From positions 69,316,001-69,380,000 of the forward strand of contig OX597825.1 of the NCBI GenBank assembly GCA_951406725.2: a DNA stretch of 64,000 nucleotides, written 5' to 3'. The notes beneath the pieces are model-generated. The model searched no databases. It was not told the origin of the DNA and was given only the letters and a program-made list of their open reading frames with translations. Positions within the stretch are counted from its first letter, which is position 1; every line of letters begins with the position of its first letter. Positions 14,343 through 27,765 of this stretch are shown piece after piece. Source of the DNA: Octopus vulgaris (lineage: Eukaryota). The position numbers and the translations under genes are program-made.

Positions 14343-14815
14343 CTATCTACCTACCTTCCTTGTCTATCTATTTATCTATCTATCTATCTATCTATCTATC
14401 TCAGCCTCTCTGTCTCTCTGTCCGTCTGTCTGTCTGTATGTCTGACTGCTTGCCTGTCTGTCTATCTGCTTGCCTGTCTGTCTGCTTGCCTGTCTGTCTG
14501 TCTGCTTGCCTCTCTGTCTGTCTGCTTACCTGTCTGTCTTTGTTACTTTATATATATATATATATATATATAGTCTGTGTGTGTGTCTTTGTGTCTGTAT
14601 GTGTCTCCAACCACCGTTAGACAACCGGTTTTGGATTGTGTAAGGCAGGCTTTCATTCAGTTGCCGTCTACCAAATGTAGTTACAAGGCGTAAGTCGGTC
14701 CGGGGTCACAAGGCTATAATTGAAGACACTTGTCCAGGGACCCGCACCGCAGGACTGATCTAAAGCCATGCGGTTGCAAAGCGAGGTTCTTAAACACACA
14801 GCTGTGTCTCCACCT
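13995..14815 (-). mobile_element. SINE family B containing an oppositely oriented family-B fragment and (TATC)/(TGTC) expansion
   Basis: Minus segments 13995-14220 and 14645-14815 flank a plus-oriented segment 14228-14642. Confidence 0.65.
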
Positions 14816-15729
14816 CTGCTTGTTAGCATGGAACAATTTTTAAATTATGATTGCTACTGACATCCAATTAAGTACTATAATTGCTGAGAAAATACTAAGA
14901 TTACTAAATGGAAGTTTACAAACAGATCATATTTATTTAGGATATTAAGAATATTGATCGCTGCTGTAGTTTAGAACTTGGTTAGTTCTGATTCTCTAGA
15001 CGTATAATCAATGCAATTTAATAAGTGACAGTCACGTAGTTTTGTTGATTTAGACGTATATTGTGTAGCATTTTCTGATTTAAAGGACGATCTTGCGTGA
15101 TTTTAGAGAATACTGCTGCTCTGTCTAGTAAAGCGGCTGATTACGTAGAGGCTTATTAGTTGGCGTGTATCAGCGTTCGTAATTTTCGTTGATAGATGAT
15201 GCAAGAAATATTCTGGGCTGCCTATGTCCACGTGGTTCAACTACTGAAATGATTATAGTAATATTTGCTAGAAATTATTACTCAAAATGCTACAAGACAT
15301 TGGCGTTATGTAACTTTAGGCGGTCGGACGACTCCGTTGTCGGGATATCGGAATTCGTGATTGTCTGATTCCTTGGGAATAGCACCAACACACGGATGAG
15401 ACAAGGAAGAGGAAATCTTTATGTGACTACTCAAAATGCTAGAAATAACAAGCATATCGTCCTCAAACTACTCAATAACTTCAAAAAACAAAAAAGAGGA
15501 CTCTACTCGCTGTGGCACAGCACCGTATGTTTCCTCGCTTGAGGTAGGCGCAAGAGCTTTCCACTACTTGAGTGGTATTAAGAGCATTTAAATAAGTCAA
15601 TGTTCCCGTCTGTAATCTTTTATTGAACTCACGGCCCTTGAAACATTTCCTGGGCACTGTACTTCGATACTAAATACAGATCGACTCACACAATGCATTT
15701 ATTCTATTTAATATTATAAACGCTTACCA

Positions 15730-16255
15730 GGTGACGAGCCGGTAGAATCGTGACCGCGCCGTAAAAAAATATTAGCGGCATTTCGTCCGTCTTTACGTTC
15801 GGAAATCAAATTCCACCGAGGTTGATTTGCCTTTCATCCTTCCTGGGTCGATAAAGTAAGTACCATATGAGTGCTGGAGTCGTTAAAATAATTATCATAT
15901 GAGTGCTGGGGTCGTTAAAATAATTATCATATGAGTGCTGGGGTCGATAAAATAATTTACATATGAGTGCTGAGGTCGATATAATCGACTTACTCCTTAT
16001 TTCAGAATTGCTGATCTTGAGACAAAAATTGAAACTGTAAGGCAGTGACCTGGCAGAATCGTTACTGCACCGGGAAAACTGCTTAGAGGCATTTTGTTGA
16101 CGTTTATGTTCTGAGTCCAAATGCTTCTGGGGTCGATATTGCCTTTCATCGTTTTGAGATCCATAAAATAAGTACCAGTTCAGCACTGGGATCGGTGTAG
16201 TCGACTGTACCCCTCTCCCGAACTTGCTGGCCTTGTCGTAAAATTTGAAACCAAT
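15730..16255 (+). mobile_element. Two tandem diverged family-A-related SINEs, the first with an internal minisatellite
   Basis: SINE heads at about 15730 and 16041; 32-bp unit repeated about 4 times at 15864-15983. Confidence 0.8.
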
Positions 16256-16836
16256 ATTTGATATAAGAAATGCTGTCCTCAACCATACTGAGTATATGTT
16301 TATTATGTATTTGCATGTGTGTTTTCCTTATAATTAAGAGTACATCTATCCATAATACATACGGAGTATTTTTGATTCCATATTATGATTACATATGATA
16401 AACATATTCAGTGTAGCTGTAAATAAGGGACAGCACTATGATACATTGGTGCTCTAATTATGGATATCAAAAGCATTTCTTGATCATGTAGATCCGCGAT
16501 CAATGACATTCGAACCAATTCCGGTTTATATTCGGAAATAGTCTAACCCAACTACAATATATAATGTATCATCTCTATTTGCTTTTAGATATTATGGTGT
16601 AGTTCAAGGAGGATTTAGCTGCTATTTCTAGTAGATTGAAAGACTGCTCAAAGGTTTCATAATCGTTGTTTCGTCCTTGTGTGTGTTCTTTTTCCAAAGA
16701 AACAAACAACGATGACGTATATGAAGGAAATGAAGGCATCCGACAGGATAAATTTACATCATTTTAAAGTCTTGTAACCTTTTATAACAACAAAGTTTTT
16801 GAAAAAGAATAATGAAATCGATTTTCCTCAAAAGTA

Positions 16837-17311
16837 CCGTAAATCCTCGAGTATAGCCGGCCCTTGAGTATAATACGCAGGGGATTTTCAGGGGACTGTA
16901 CTTCTGAAAAATCTAAACCTCGTATATAATACTCATCCCTTCTCTAACTTGAGTCGTGCGTAATTAAGCCATCAGCACCTAGTCGAACAAACACTTCCGC
17001 GCATACGTAATACAATAATGGTGATGTTCTTAACAGTTATATGGGAATGTAAATATGTTTGCAAATTGTTTTTCTTACATGTTATTCTGTATTCTGAATA
17101 CTTTTATTTTAATAAATGTTGCTTACTGCAAGTTATGGATGATTCTTTTATGACTTCATTGCTTTCAGGCTTAGCTTAAGGTCTTTTCACGTCCGACATC
17201 AAAAAATGCGTCTGAATAAACATTGCCGGACAGAAAATAGAGACTCGGACACTGCTTAGAAAATATTTTTCATTTTTAACCTCGTATATAGTACGCCCTA
17301 GGGATTTACGG
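16837..17311. mobile_element. Tc2/pogo-type MITE
   Basis: TA-CCGTAAATCCT...GGGATTTACGG-TA termini; subterminal motif aacctcgtatata(a/g)tac at both 16916 and 17278. Confidence 0.8.
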
Positions 17312-18879
17312 TATGCAAGACAGCATCAGTATATAAAATTAAAAAAAGGTGGTGACAATTTGAAAAAGATTGTAGCGCTTGGAAACAATTTTAAAATATC
17401 CTAGACCTCATCCGACATTTCAGTGTTGCTAATTTTCTTCATATGCGGAAACATCAAGAGTACTTTTCAGAAGAACGTATGTAAATTGAGAAATCTAGCA
17501 GGCATAACTAAACACCTTTCCAGTTACACTATTGTCGTATAGAGTTTATTTCATACGAATAGGTTATTGTTTGATCAGAACATATGCGTTATAACGAATA
17601 ATCGTTTCAGGTCTAATCGCGGTTTGGTTTCTATATTCATGTAAATTCTTCTAATTAGATATTTTCCTTCTTGGCGCTTTGGTTTTAATGATGGTAACAT
17701 TTTGGCTAGAGACAGCAAATTAAGTTGAATTGATAATTGCGATAGTAATTTCGAGCCTGAAGTGGCGAAATGTTATTATAAGAACAGTTTAATGTTGGCA
17801 AAGATAATTATTAAAAATTGTCGATTTTGCACAGGTATTTAAGATTTCGTGCTGTTGATCGGAAACAGCCATGTCAAATCAGCGCTGTATTTTGATAGCG
17901 TTATTGAAAACTACGCTACGTTGTAATCGATTATTACTACATATTTCAAATACCAGGTTACTTCACTTGACATCCCATCATGCATCATTAAAATGTCAGC
18001 ATCCTTTCTACTTTATGTGTCTCTCGTATGATGAACTTTTCATATCCATTATCACATACTTATGCCATCAATCAAATCCTTTTTGTTCTGTGTGACACTA
18101 CTGGAAGTCTTTCACAGAATTTGATTCAACCATGTTCGATTCGCGGACACTGTTGTCTTCAGAATCCTACAGATTTCTCAGGGTTGTATTTACGTATTTA
18201 CTATTCCCAATTATTTGCCTCACAAAAATATGAAAAAAAGAAAATGTCACTAACAGCGACATAATTTCATTAAACATCTCCCCGACAGATATTCAAAATA
18301 TTAATGGATATATTTATTAATTACAACTTTGTTTTCGTATTTGACTTGAAAGCTTCTTGATATGAAAATGGGTGTAGGAACAAATTTTGTTCTGTTAGAG
18401 GGCTGTTATTTTTGCCAATAGAAACACACGCACTGGTTATATTTAACATTTTCATTTTAGTTAAGTATCAAAATAATTAACTAATCTATTGTTAGGTCAA
18501 CCTTTCCATTAATCAACCAATCAGCTAGTTTCTTACAGTTTTTTTGTCGACAATGTTTCCTCAACATTATATCGCACGATGGGTGACATATTTGCTTCAC
18601 ATTCATATCAGTGATTACTACAAAACATAAAAGTATGAAACATGATTTATCATAGCTCACGAAGAATGTTATATCATCTCTATATTATTGCAAATCCTTT
18701 AGAGTCAGCCACCCTACTGGTCTGCTATGGTTTGGTAATGTGTGCCAGTTATTTTAAATGACTATTTAGTTGCAAGTAGACACATTAACCCTTTCGACTA
18801 GCACACACTTTGATCTAACGATTCAGCCAGAATTTGGCAGCTCGAGGAGGAGAAAGCACCACACACACAATTGGTTCAC

Positions 18880-19015
18880 AACCAGAGCTGGGTAGACTGA
18901 GGTAACGTAAAAATAACAGCCTTGCTCAAGAACACGACGCGTCAGCCGATCCCAAAATTGAACCCACTGCATCATGATCCAGAGATGAACATTTTAACCA
19001 CTAGGCAATGCATTT
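18880..19015 (-). mobile_element. Old SINE head, family C/D-related
   Basis: gctgggtagactgaggtaacgt...ccttgctcaagaacacgacgcgtc...taaccactagg resembles 10160-10285. Confidence 0.6.
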
Positions 19016-19334
19016 TACATGCGAATCTCAAAATGTCTGCAATTTACATTAAATATGTGGAACCAAGGAGAAAATTTGCTATGGCTAATATTCGCTCGCT
19101 TGAATATATTTCATAGCAATTATCGTGTAAAGTTTCATCTGTTACAGCTGCGAAACTCATGCCCTCATATACTGTGAGATTTAAGTTATCGCGCATCTTT
19201 CTCTCTGCAGCAGAACTTTATTAAATATACTCTTTCAATTAAGACCACATGTAATTCCATCCTCAGCCACCAGTTGAAAAGCAATCGTGATTAATAAAAA
19301 CTTCTCTTATATTCCGTCTTCCGTCTTTCATTTA

Positions 19335-19377
<43 letters not shown>

Positions 19378-19516
19378 CTATCAGAAAGGAACTCTATCTC
19401 TCTTAAAAAAATATCTTTTGATAAGCATAACAAATGCGCAACCGGTAAAAAGAACTTTCACCTAATTAAATACACTCTCCCTTACTTAAATTATTTTGTA
19501 AGCATTTTCTTCATTT

Positions 19517-19584
<68 letters not shown>

Positions 19585-19787
19585 TATTATCGAACAGTGA
19601 GGGAATGAGCCCTCAACACTGCATTAGGGGATAAATATTCATTTTTTGTGGGTTAACAAAGCTACAAAGTGTTCACGGGAAGGGAAATTCAAGATGGAGA
19701 CAACTACCAACGTTCCCATGTGGCAGGAATGATAATTGACAAGAGATATCTCACTACATGAAAAACTGGTCGCCATTTTAACCAACG

Positions 19788-19818
<31 letters not shown>

Positions 19819-21260
19819 CAAATTTCATTAGTACTATAGTACGAACCTCGAGGGTCTTGAGTTATTTTCAAGCCGCGGCTAATGAACAAAAGATAAATAG
19901 CTATACTATAATTTATGTATTGAATTCTATTTTCCTGTTTATATTGTCAAGCACATACAGACGCACACACAACAGTTCACCCACAATTGCACATACAAAT
20001 ACAAAAACACAAATAGATTATATAATATTATTCATATTCCATATGTTATATCCTGTAAAGTTATTAGATTGTTCAACAAGGGAGGCGTGTGAAACAAGCA
20101 AAATTTATTGAAATTACGGTGTTTGCAAAATTCTGTGGATTGTTGATCTAATTAAGATTACAATATATTGAATAATGTATTAAATTCTCTATTGATTAAT
20201 TTTTAAATATACATGCCAAAACAATACAAAATATGGCGGAGTGTAGTACATTTCTGATAATTATAATATTGATCATTATAGAATTCCAGTGAACGCCACC
20301 ATTAGTTTCCAGAATCCATACAAATAAATGCAGCGTTTATAAAGTTTACTGAAACAGAATAAGAATTTCTCCTGCGTTTTTCTTCTTTCCATTAAGTTTT
20401 CTGTCTCGTGAAAGTAATTTTCCTATTAAACGAACTGAATACAATTCTGCAACTTAGATAATCGAGTATATTATTAAATGAAAGTTAAATATTATTGGAG
20501 ACACAAGAAGTTTGTTTTTCACTTGCTTATCAGCTAGGAGCTACATAATACTTTTCGAACGTTAGGTCAACAACACAACACTTCTCAAACTCCCTGACAG
20601 TATCATATCGTTATATTGTTTTCAGTAAAATATACCTTAAGCGCAATAACAATCTCTATCACGAAGCGAATTTTATTTTGTTCTTACACAAAATTGATTT
20701 TAATACCATATATTTCCCAAGGAGAGTGAATGGATAAGAATTGATTCAATTCTGGCAGAATGCCATGTATTATGCAGCTAGATTGGTTAAAGTTCTGAAC
20801 GAGGGTCAGCTTTAACTTTCATCTTTCCCAGGGGCGCTTCACAACATACACAACAGTAAAATTCCATAGTCGATTATATTGATCATGCCCATGCGCAAGT
20901 CTTGTGCACTTGTGATCTCTTTGTAACATGTGGGACACATTTTGTACAATATATATGTGTGTGTGTGTTTGATTACACATATACACACACATATATACAA
21001 TGTGTGCTTGTATGTATGTCTTTATTTCATTCTTGATCTCTCTCGATCATTCAATGTAATCAGCGTATCCTAACACAACGTATGTAGATCAAATCAGCAG
21101 AGACACTGCATGCTTCTACGAAGACCTATCCCCGATAATGCAGGGATCGAGATGGATGGCATGTGCGGGTCAAAAGATATCAGAGCAAACCCGACCAAAT
21201 TATTGATGGAGAATATAACCGGCAATACAACAGAGCTGCTAATATAATAGTTTCTTTCCA

Positions 21261-21475
21261 TAGAGACACTATTAGACATATTTACATAACGTTCCTTATG
21301 TCTCTCAGTAATCCTCAAGATAAGAGCTTATGTTTAGTCCTATTGAAAACCAGAACGCAGGTCACTACTCATGTTCCAGCGTACTGGTTTTCAAATAATT
21401 AGCCATGAGCCCTGAGCCACAGGATTACTTGGAGACACGAAGGACATATAAATGTACCTATTTACAGTGTCTCTA
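21261..21475. mobile_element. Fold-back (palindromic) MITE-like element
   Basis: tagagacact...agtgtctcta termini; internal arms pair (ttgaaaaccagaacgcagg with ccagcgtactggttttcaa; gtctctcagtaatcct with aggattacttggagac). Confidence 0.75.
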
Positions 21476-21576
21476 TTCTAAACACTGAGTACATTAAATA
21501 ATAGAGTACTGGATAGAGTACTTTTTTTGCTGACACAACCTTAAAGGAACACTATATATATACACACACATACACA

Positions 21577-22040
21577 CAAAAGGGTGGGTCAAAAATTATA
21601 GGCATTCTTGTTTCAGCTGTATATTAAAACAAAAACAGGGCTTAAAACAATTACATCATTTTTCGACGTCGTCTCCTTGTTTTTCTATGCTACTTTCTCC
21701 TGCAGTCCAGAAGCTTGCCTCTTCTATTGGAGAAGAAGGATTTTGGCTGGTCGTTCAGAGATTTATGCACCATTTACTGCATTTCTTTCTTCGTAGCAAA
21801 TCGACAACCTAGTAAATAATGTTTTAGCGGTCCAAAAAGGTGTTAGTCGGAAGGGGCGAGATCTGACTGAGTGTAGTGTGTTCCAAAAAACTCGAAATCT
21901 AATTTATCGGTAGTTTTAAACGGTGTGCACAGCCATATGTGGGAGTGCATTGTCATGATGAGACGATAAACCTCGGCGCGTGGTACGGATTTCTGGTTTC
22001 AGTTTGTTGGTCAGCATTTCATTGTAGCCTACACTGGTGA
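21577..22040 (-). pseudogene. Mariner transposase C-terminal relic with one element end
   Basis: Minus-strand translation with frameshifts and stops: HHDNALP...LEH..S.DLAPSD*HLFGPLKHYLLGCRF...QPKSFF...IEKQGDDVEK*. Confidence 0.8.
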
Positions 22041-22065
22041 CCGAAGATTATTTTAATATATATAT

Positions 22066-22650
22066 TCTTTCCTACTCTAGGCACAAGGCCCGAAACATCT
22101 GGGGAGGGAGCCTGTCGATTAGATCAACCCAAGTACGCAACTGATACTTCATTTATCGACCCCATAAGGATAAAAGGCTAAGTTGACCGCGGCGGAATTT
22201 GAACTTAGAACGTAGCGGCAGATGAAATACCTATTTTTTTACTACCCACAAGGGGCTAAACACAGAGAGGATAAACAACGACAGACAAACGGATTAAGTC
22301 GATAATATCGACCCCAAAGCGTAACTGGTGCTTATTTAATCGACGCCGAAAGGATGAAAGCAAAAGTCGACCTGCGCGGAATTTGAACTCAGAACGTAAC
22401 GGCAGACGAAATACCTATTTCTTCACTACCCACAAGGGGCTAAACACAGAAAGGACAAACAAGGACAGACGAACGGATTAAGTCGATTTTTGTCGACCTC
22501 AGTCCGTAACTGGTACTTATTTAATCGAACTCGAAAGGATGAAAGGCAAAGTCGACCTCGGCGGAATTTGAATTCAGAACGTAGCGGCAGACGAAATACC
22601 GCTAAGCATTTCGCCCGGCGTGCTAACGTTTCTGCCAGCTCACTGGCCTC
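22066..22650 (-). mobile_element. Head-to-tail triple SINE A array
   Basis: Units at about 22066-22229, 22230-22413 and 22414-22650, joined at gaaatac|ctattt. Confidence 0.9.
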
Positions 22651-23596
22651 AAGACGTATGACATAATAGCAAGAAAGCGTGATAGCCCAAAAAGAAATTT
22701 CATGGGTCTCGAGCGAGGAAGTTTATAACGGGTTAACTTTTGCTTATTGTATCGTTAGTTCCGATTGCCATATACTTTGATCCTTGCTCTAAATTATAAC
22801 CATATCTATGCAATAATTTACTATACATTCAGCACAGCTCTACCACAACTAAGCAAGATTTATTTTTCTTTACTGCAACACAATTAACATTTAATATATT
22901 CCAATATTTTCAATATTTAATGATACTTTAATAAATTACCCCGCAGAGAAATCTCGTCTGGATGCGAAATTAGTGTGGAAGTCGACAATGAAGACGGTTT
23001 AATTAATTGCTGTATACTCTTAGGCTCATTTCTTGATAATTAATATACAAAGTTCATGTATAGTTCGACTTGCCATCAACTGATCGTGAATGAATCATGT
23101 ATTGTATTGAGTCTACATGATTATGAAATAATGCCGAGGTTTAAACTGTAAATCTTTCTCTGGCAACAATTATCAACTAATGATATAATTATCTATTCTT
23201 ATGTTAATATAAAACGAAACGTCTAAAGTAGCGACGCGTGTTAAGATATAATAACCACGTGTTCAATATCGGGAAGGATTTAACAAAAGTTAAGTGATTT
23301 ATCTCGTTTCAAAATTCCTGACATTTAACATTATAGAGAACAAAAATATATATATATATAATTAAAATAATAGTGGGTGTGAAAAACGTATAGTCGTACT
23401 ATAACACTGCCTAGAGTAGCAAGAAGTTGCAAATACTTAAAAATAAATATTGCCTTTAAAATCAATAACAGCATATGAACTATATGCAAAATAATCTGAT
23501 ATCCCTACCATTTTATATTTTAACAAACAAGAAAAAATATATATGCAATTAAACAAATATGCATATGTATATAAAATATATATGTATATAAATATA

Positions 23597-23645
<49 letters not shown>

Positions 23646-24771
23646 TTATTTATATATATTAATTAGGGAATAAAAATACCGGCGTCACAGGGATTAAAAT
23701 AAATTGAATTATTCCCAATCAGAAAATAGATGACATTTAGAGTTAGAAGACCTCATGCAAATCATTAAAACCTAATATACTTCAGTTCCAAGTTTCGCTT
23801 CTACACGGAAACACGTGCACACACATATATAATGTGAATATATTTATTTATATATATACATGTTATATGTATATATGTATATGTACATATATACATATGT
23901 TGAGGGATATTAGTAATAATGGTATACCCCTCCCACGTGACGAGTGGTGTGTTCTAGTCATACAAGTAAGGTGATGTCAGTCAGAATGGAAAGAGTACGA
24001 CGTAGACAGTCATAGATAGCCGTGGTCTTATTTCTCTTACTAACTGCCACATACCGGAATGGGCGTGATAACATTTCGACATAAATGATTATAACAATAT
24101 ATTTCTACATATGTGTATGTACGTATACACACACACACACACACACACACACGCAGACACGACAATATACATAGGCACAGACACACACACATACATTTAT
24201 ATAACCGCAAATAATTATGCTATTATGCCCCAAATACCGTTTTAAGCGACGAAGTGGAGTTACAGAAATTCAGAATGAAGGGAAGAAAAAGAAAATAGTA
24301 ATAATTTCGTTTTTTTTTTCTAGCTTCATTCAAAAAGCAAAAACAGAAAATTAAATTATTAGCTGAGAACTTGATTGTTTGGTTTAGCTTTGAGGCGTTT
24401 CAATGTCTTCGTGGCTAAGCCGTATTATTAACACGCACGTTAGAAATTTACGTGCTGTGTATGTATTCTTATCCGTTCATAAGACATAGTGTAGCGAACG
24501 ATTTACTAAATGAAGCAGCCAGGCTTAAGAAAAAAATTATAATTATTTTATATAATTGCAATTACGCTGTTAAGTGACTAATAGAGGGATACTGAGATAT
24601 TGCTGGGGCAACATTCTTAGCCATACACATTTTTACTTAGTTTTGTTTTATTTCTGTTTCATGAATTTATTTTGTCCGCCCCAAAAGTACTTCAGCAATT
24701 GGTAGTTCATTCACGTGAACTAAAGCATTCGCCATATTAGAATGGAGAGAATTTTCTTAAATGTATTCTTA

Positions 24772-24772
<1 letters not shown>

Positions 24773-24840
<68 letters not shown>

Positions 24841-24930
24841 TGTATGTATGTATGTATGTATGTATGTACGTATGTATGTATGTATGTATGTATGTATGTA
24901 TGTATGTATGTATGTATGTATGTATATGTG
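24773..24930. repeat. (TA)n/(TATG)n microsatellite
   Basis: Directly visible. Confidence 0.95.
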
Positions 24931-24936
24931 TGTTTA

Positions 24937-25780
24937 CACTGTGCAATAGGTAAATTGTCACCAATTTATACTTTTAATTTCGAGCACGCGCATAATTGTA
25001 TGTTTGATTTTGTCGACAGCACAGTATAATAGGGTCGGTTGGGCACCGTCTGTGAAAAAATCAGCACCATACTGCAATTCAGTCTGCCAGAAACTTGGAT
25101 ACCACATGTTGTACTGTTTGGCATTTGGCCCGGAAGCTCCAATACAAATATTTCAGTTTTGGGAAGTCATACTGAGGACAGTGCTATCTGAGGGCATGTA
25201 CCGTGAGTGACAAAAATCAAACATCCTGTTAACATTATGGTGTTTGGAATATTTACTAGTGATGGCGACGTTATGCCTCCATTCATCTTCCCTCACGGCC
25301 TCAGACTCAACACAGAGGTCTACATCAAGCGCTTGGAAGAGGTAGTGCTGCCCTGGGTCAAGTGGATGGCTGCTGGAAGACCCTATGTCTGGCAATAGGA
25401 CTCTGCACCATGCCACACAAACAGGAGAACACAATCATAGTTGGAAGACGATTTCTGCTACCATATCACCCACTAATATCTGGCCACCTAACTCCCCAGA
25501 TTTGCAACCCCTTTGACAATATGAGTGGGGTGCAATTGAACGAAAGACCAACAAAACTCTTTGTAACACCAAAGATTAACTGAAGGTAAGGATTCTAGCA
25601 GTATTCACCAACTTAAACACAGTGAGCGTCCAGAAGGGTTGCTGGAGAATCTGAAGTCGTTTGCAGGACGTGGTAGAAGTCATTGACGATTTTATTGAAT
25701 AAATTTTCTCTGTTAGCATTTCAACAGATTTTAATGTAATTTTGGTAAATATATGTTAAACTGAGATGTCAGTGTTATTC
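24937..25780 (+). pseudogene. Tc1/mariner-superfamily (maT/DD37D-like) element relic, internally deleted
   Basis: TA then cactgtgcaataggtaaattgtcacc end. Translation KHPVNIMVFG...LNTEVYIKRLEEVVLPWV...YVWQ*DSAPCHT...WPPNSPD. Confidence 0.85.
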
Positions 25781-25794
25781 TAGACCAACTTAAA

Positions 25795-27765
25795 ATTATA
25801 ACCTTTAAGCACATAATTATATTTATATTTATGATCATTAGTAACTGAAGTTAAAGGAGGAATATTTAAAATCCAACCCATAACGATGATTAGTAAGTTT
25901 CAATTTATCAGTATAATTAGGGTTAGAAATATTAAGGTATTCAATTTTTCCAGTGTAACCAGCATTATTAAGGGCTATATTATAGTAATCAGTATTTTTT
26001 TATCAAAAACTTCCTTACAAGAAGATAAGGCACAAATTCTCCTAGAAATAGTGTAAAATAGAAATTTTTTAACACAGTCTGGATAATTACTTTCTGATTA
26101 GATTAGAGTTAGGCTTATGATAAGGTTTGTAAATAACAGTAATCTAATTAAAGTTAACATCTAGGAAGTTAATAGATTCATGTTTATTTACTATGGTGAA
26201 ACTAACTTTTAAAACCATAGAAACTTCTTTCTATATAGATCTAATTTCCTATTAGAAACATTCTTAACGGTAAACAAAGAGCCGTCTTAGTATAAATCCC
26301 CAGCAAGCTTGGGGATTTGGGTCTTGTCCCAAACTTTGGCATTCAAAGTTACTCCAACCGCAGAACGGGGTGCCGCTGCGTGGTGCCAAGGATTCCAACA
26401 TCACCATCAAAATACAGGTCCAGATACTGCAACAGCTTGGGTTTCAGAGGACCACAGCTCTTTAACATCCTCCCTAAATGCCTGAGAGACTTACATGGTG
26501 TGGATGTGGGTTTCTTTAAAACTAAACTGGATCTCTTCTTGTTGGGAGTCCCAGATGAACCTACCTCACGACAGGAGACACGGATGCGGGCAGCAGCATC
26601 GAACTCCCTTGTTGATCAAGTGCCACGTATCAGAGGTGGATTCACAAACTAGTGTAGCTCATTCAGCGGTGGTGCCCCAGCATGGCCGCGGCCTTCGGGC
26701 TAAAACATTTTTATGGATTTAAGGATTTAAGCTCCAGAAACTCACTCCTTAACTTAAACAGAATGTAAATACCTACTATATCCGTAACCTGAGGGGAATC
26801 CGCCGCCCCCACAGGAATATCAAAACCGTCATAACTATCCTTTCTAACGCAAAACTTATTCTTAAAAGCAATGAAGGATCTTCTATCTGCTAAAATGCAA
26901 ATATTAAGGCCTTAATGCAAGTATTAATGCCTTATTTAAAACTACTTGATTAATCGAAGAATATAACTATTAATATCTATCTAAGCAAACATATTCCTGC
27001 CCTTTTCCTTGATTTCTTTGAACCAATCAATAACCTCATAAGAGCTAGACCAAGGGTGCAACTTAATTTTATCCTTGAGAATTGAAATATACTTATCTAA
27101 AATGGCATAAATAAGTCTCTCCGTATCAGATTTCCCGGGGCAAGTCAAGCGCACTGTAGGGTTACTATAAAAAGTATCCTTATGGACTTTTAAAATGAAT
27201 CTAGGTCTTTTAGGAACAAATGGTTCAGCCCTATTATCCAGATGATAATCTTCCATAATACTTTTAGCAATTAAATTATTATTGCTCAAAACTTTCTGAT
27301 TGGCTATTTTATATTATTTGTATTTTCCTTTTTTATAGTTTGTGATAGAGATTCACGTCAGGATTGATTCCAGTCTTATCAGATTGAACAATGATGCCTT
27401 TCTTTTCTCGAGTCAGAAACAATTTCAGTTTCAATGAATGTTTTTTACCCCAATGGGGGAATACTTTATACTTAACGTTTTTGACGATGTCCTACAATTC
27501 ACATTCAAAATTGGTCAGATGATTGTTCAAAGGCAGAAATTTCGTAGTTTAAAAAATTGTCTTATATATAATTTCATTAATAACTTGATCAATATCTGAC
27601 GACTCAATTCTTGTATCGAAATGAAAAAGTGTGTTTTTTTTTTATATCTGAGTCTATGAATCAATTCAGTTGATTTAATTACCAGGTCTTTCAAAAATTC
27701 CTTCTTAGATGGAATCGGAATATACTTCATAGAGACGTCAACTTCAATTTTTTTCCATTATACCA
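25795..27765 (-). pseudogene. Penelope-like element ORF relic (N-terminus plus RT and thumb)
   Basis: Ordered motifs on minus: MKYIPIPSKKEF (27730), LKVHKDTF..P.VRL..P.KS and VIDWF (26981-27289), FDIPVGAADSPQV (26787-26824), LY*DG for YRDD (about 26285), NFLDV (26156-26170), YKPYHKPN (26108-26131), YYNIALNNAGY. Confidence 0.88.
26317..26730 (+). mobile_element. CR1-type LINE 3' end (ORF2 C-terminus plus 3' UTR) nested in the PLE
   Basis: GLVPN...NSLGFRGPQLFNILP...FKTKLD..L..VPDEP...AASNSL is a typical CR1-group ORF2 tail; followed by a stem-loop and short tandem tail (ggatttaa). Confidence 0.85.

Noticed and set aside
15864-15983. Regular 32-bp repeats suggesting CRISPR
   Set aside because: No unique spacers, eukaryotic context, derived from a SINE.
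20233-20292. Signal-peptide-like MAECSTFLIIIILIIIEFQ
   Set aside because: Stops after 19 codons; hydrophobicity is explained by AT-rich sequence.
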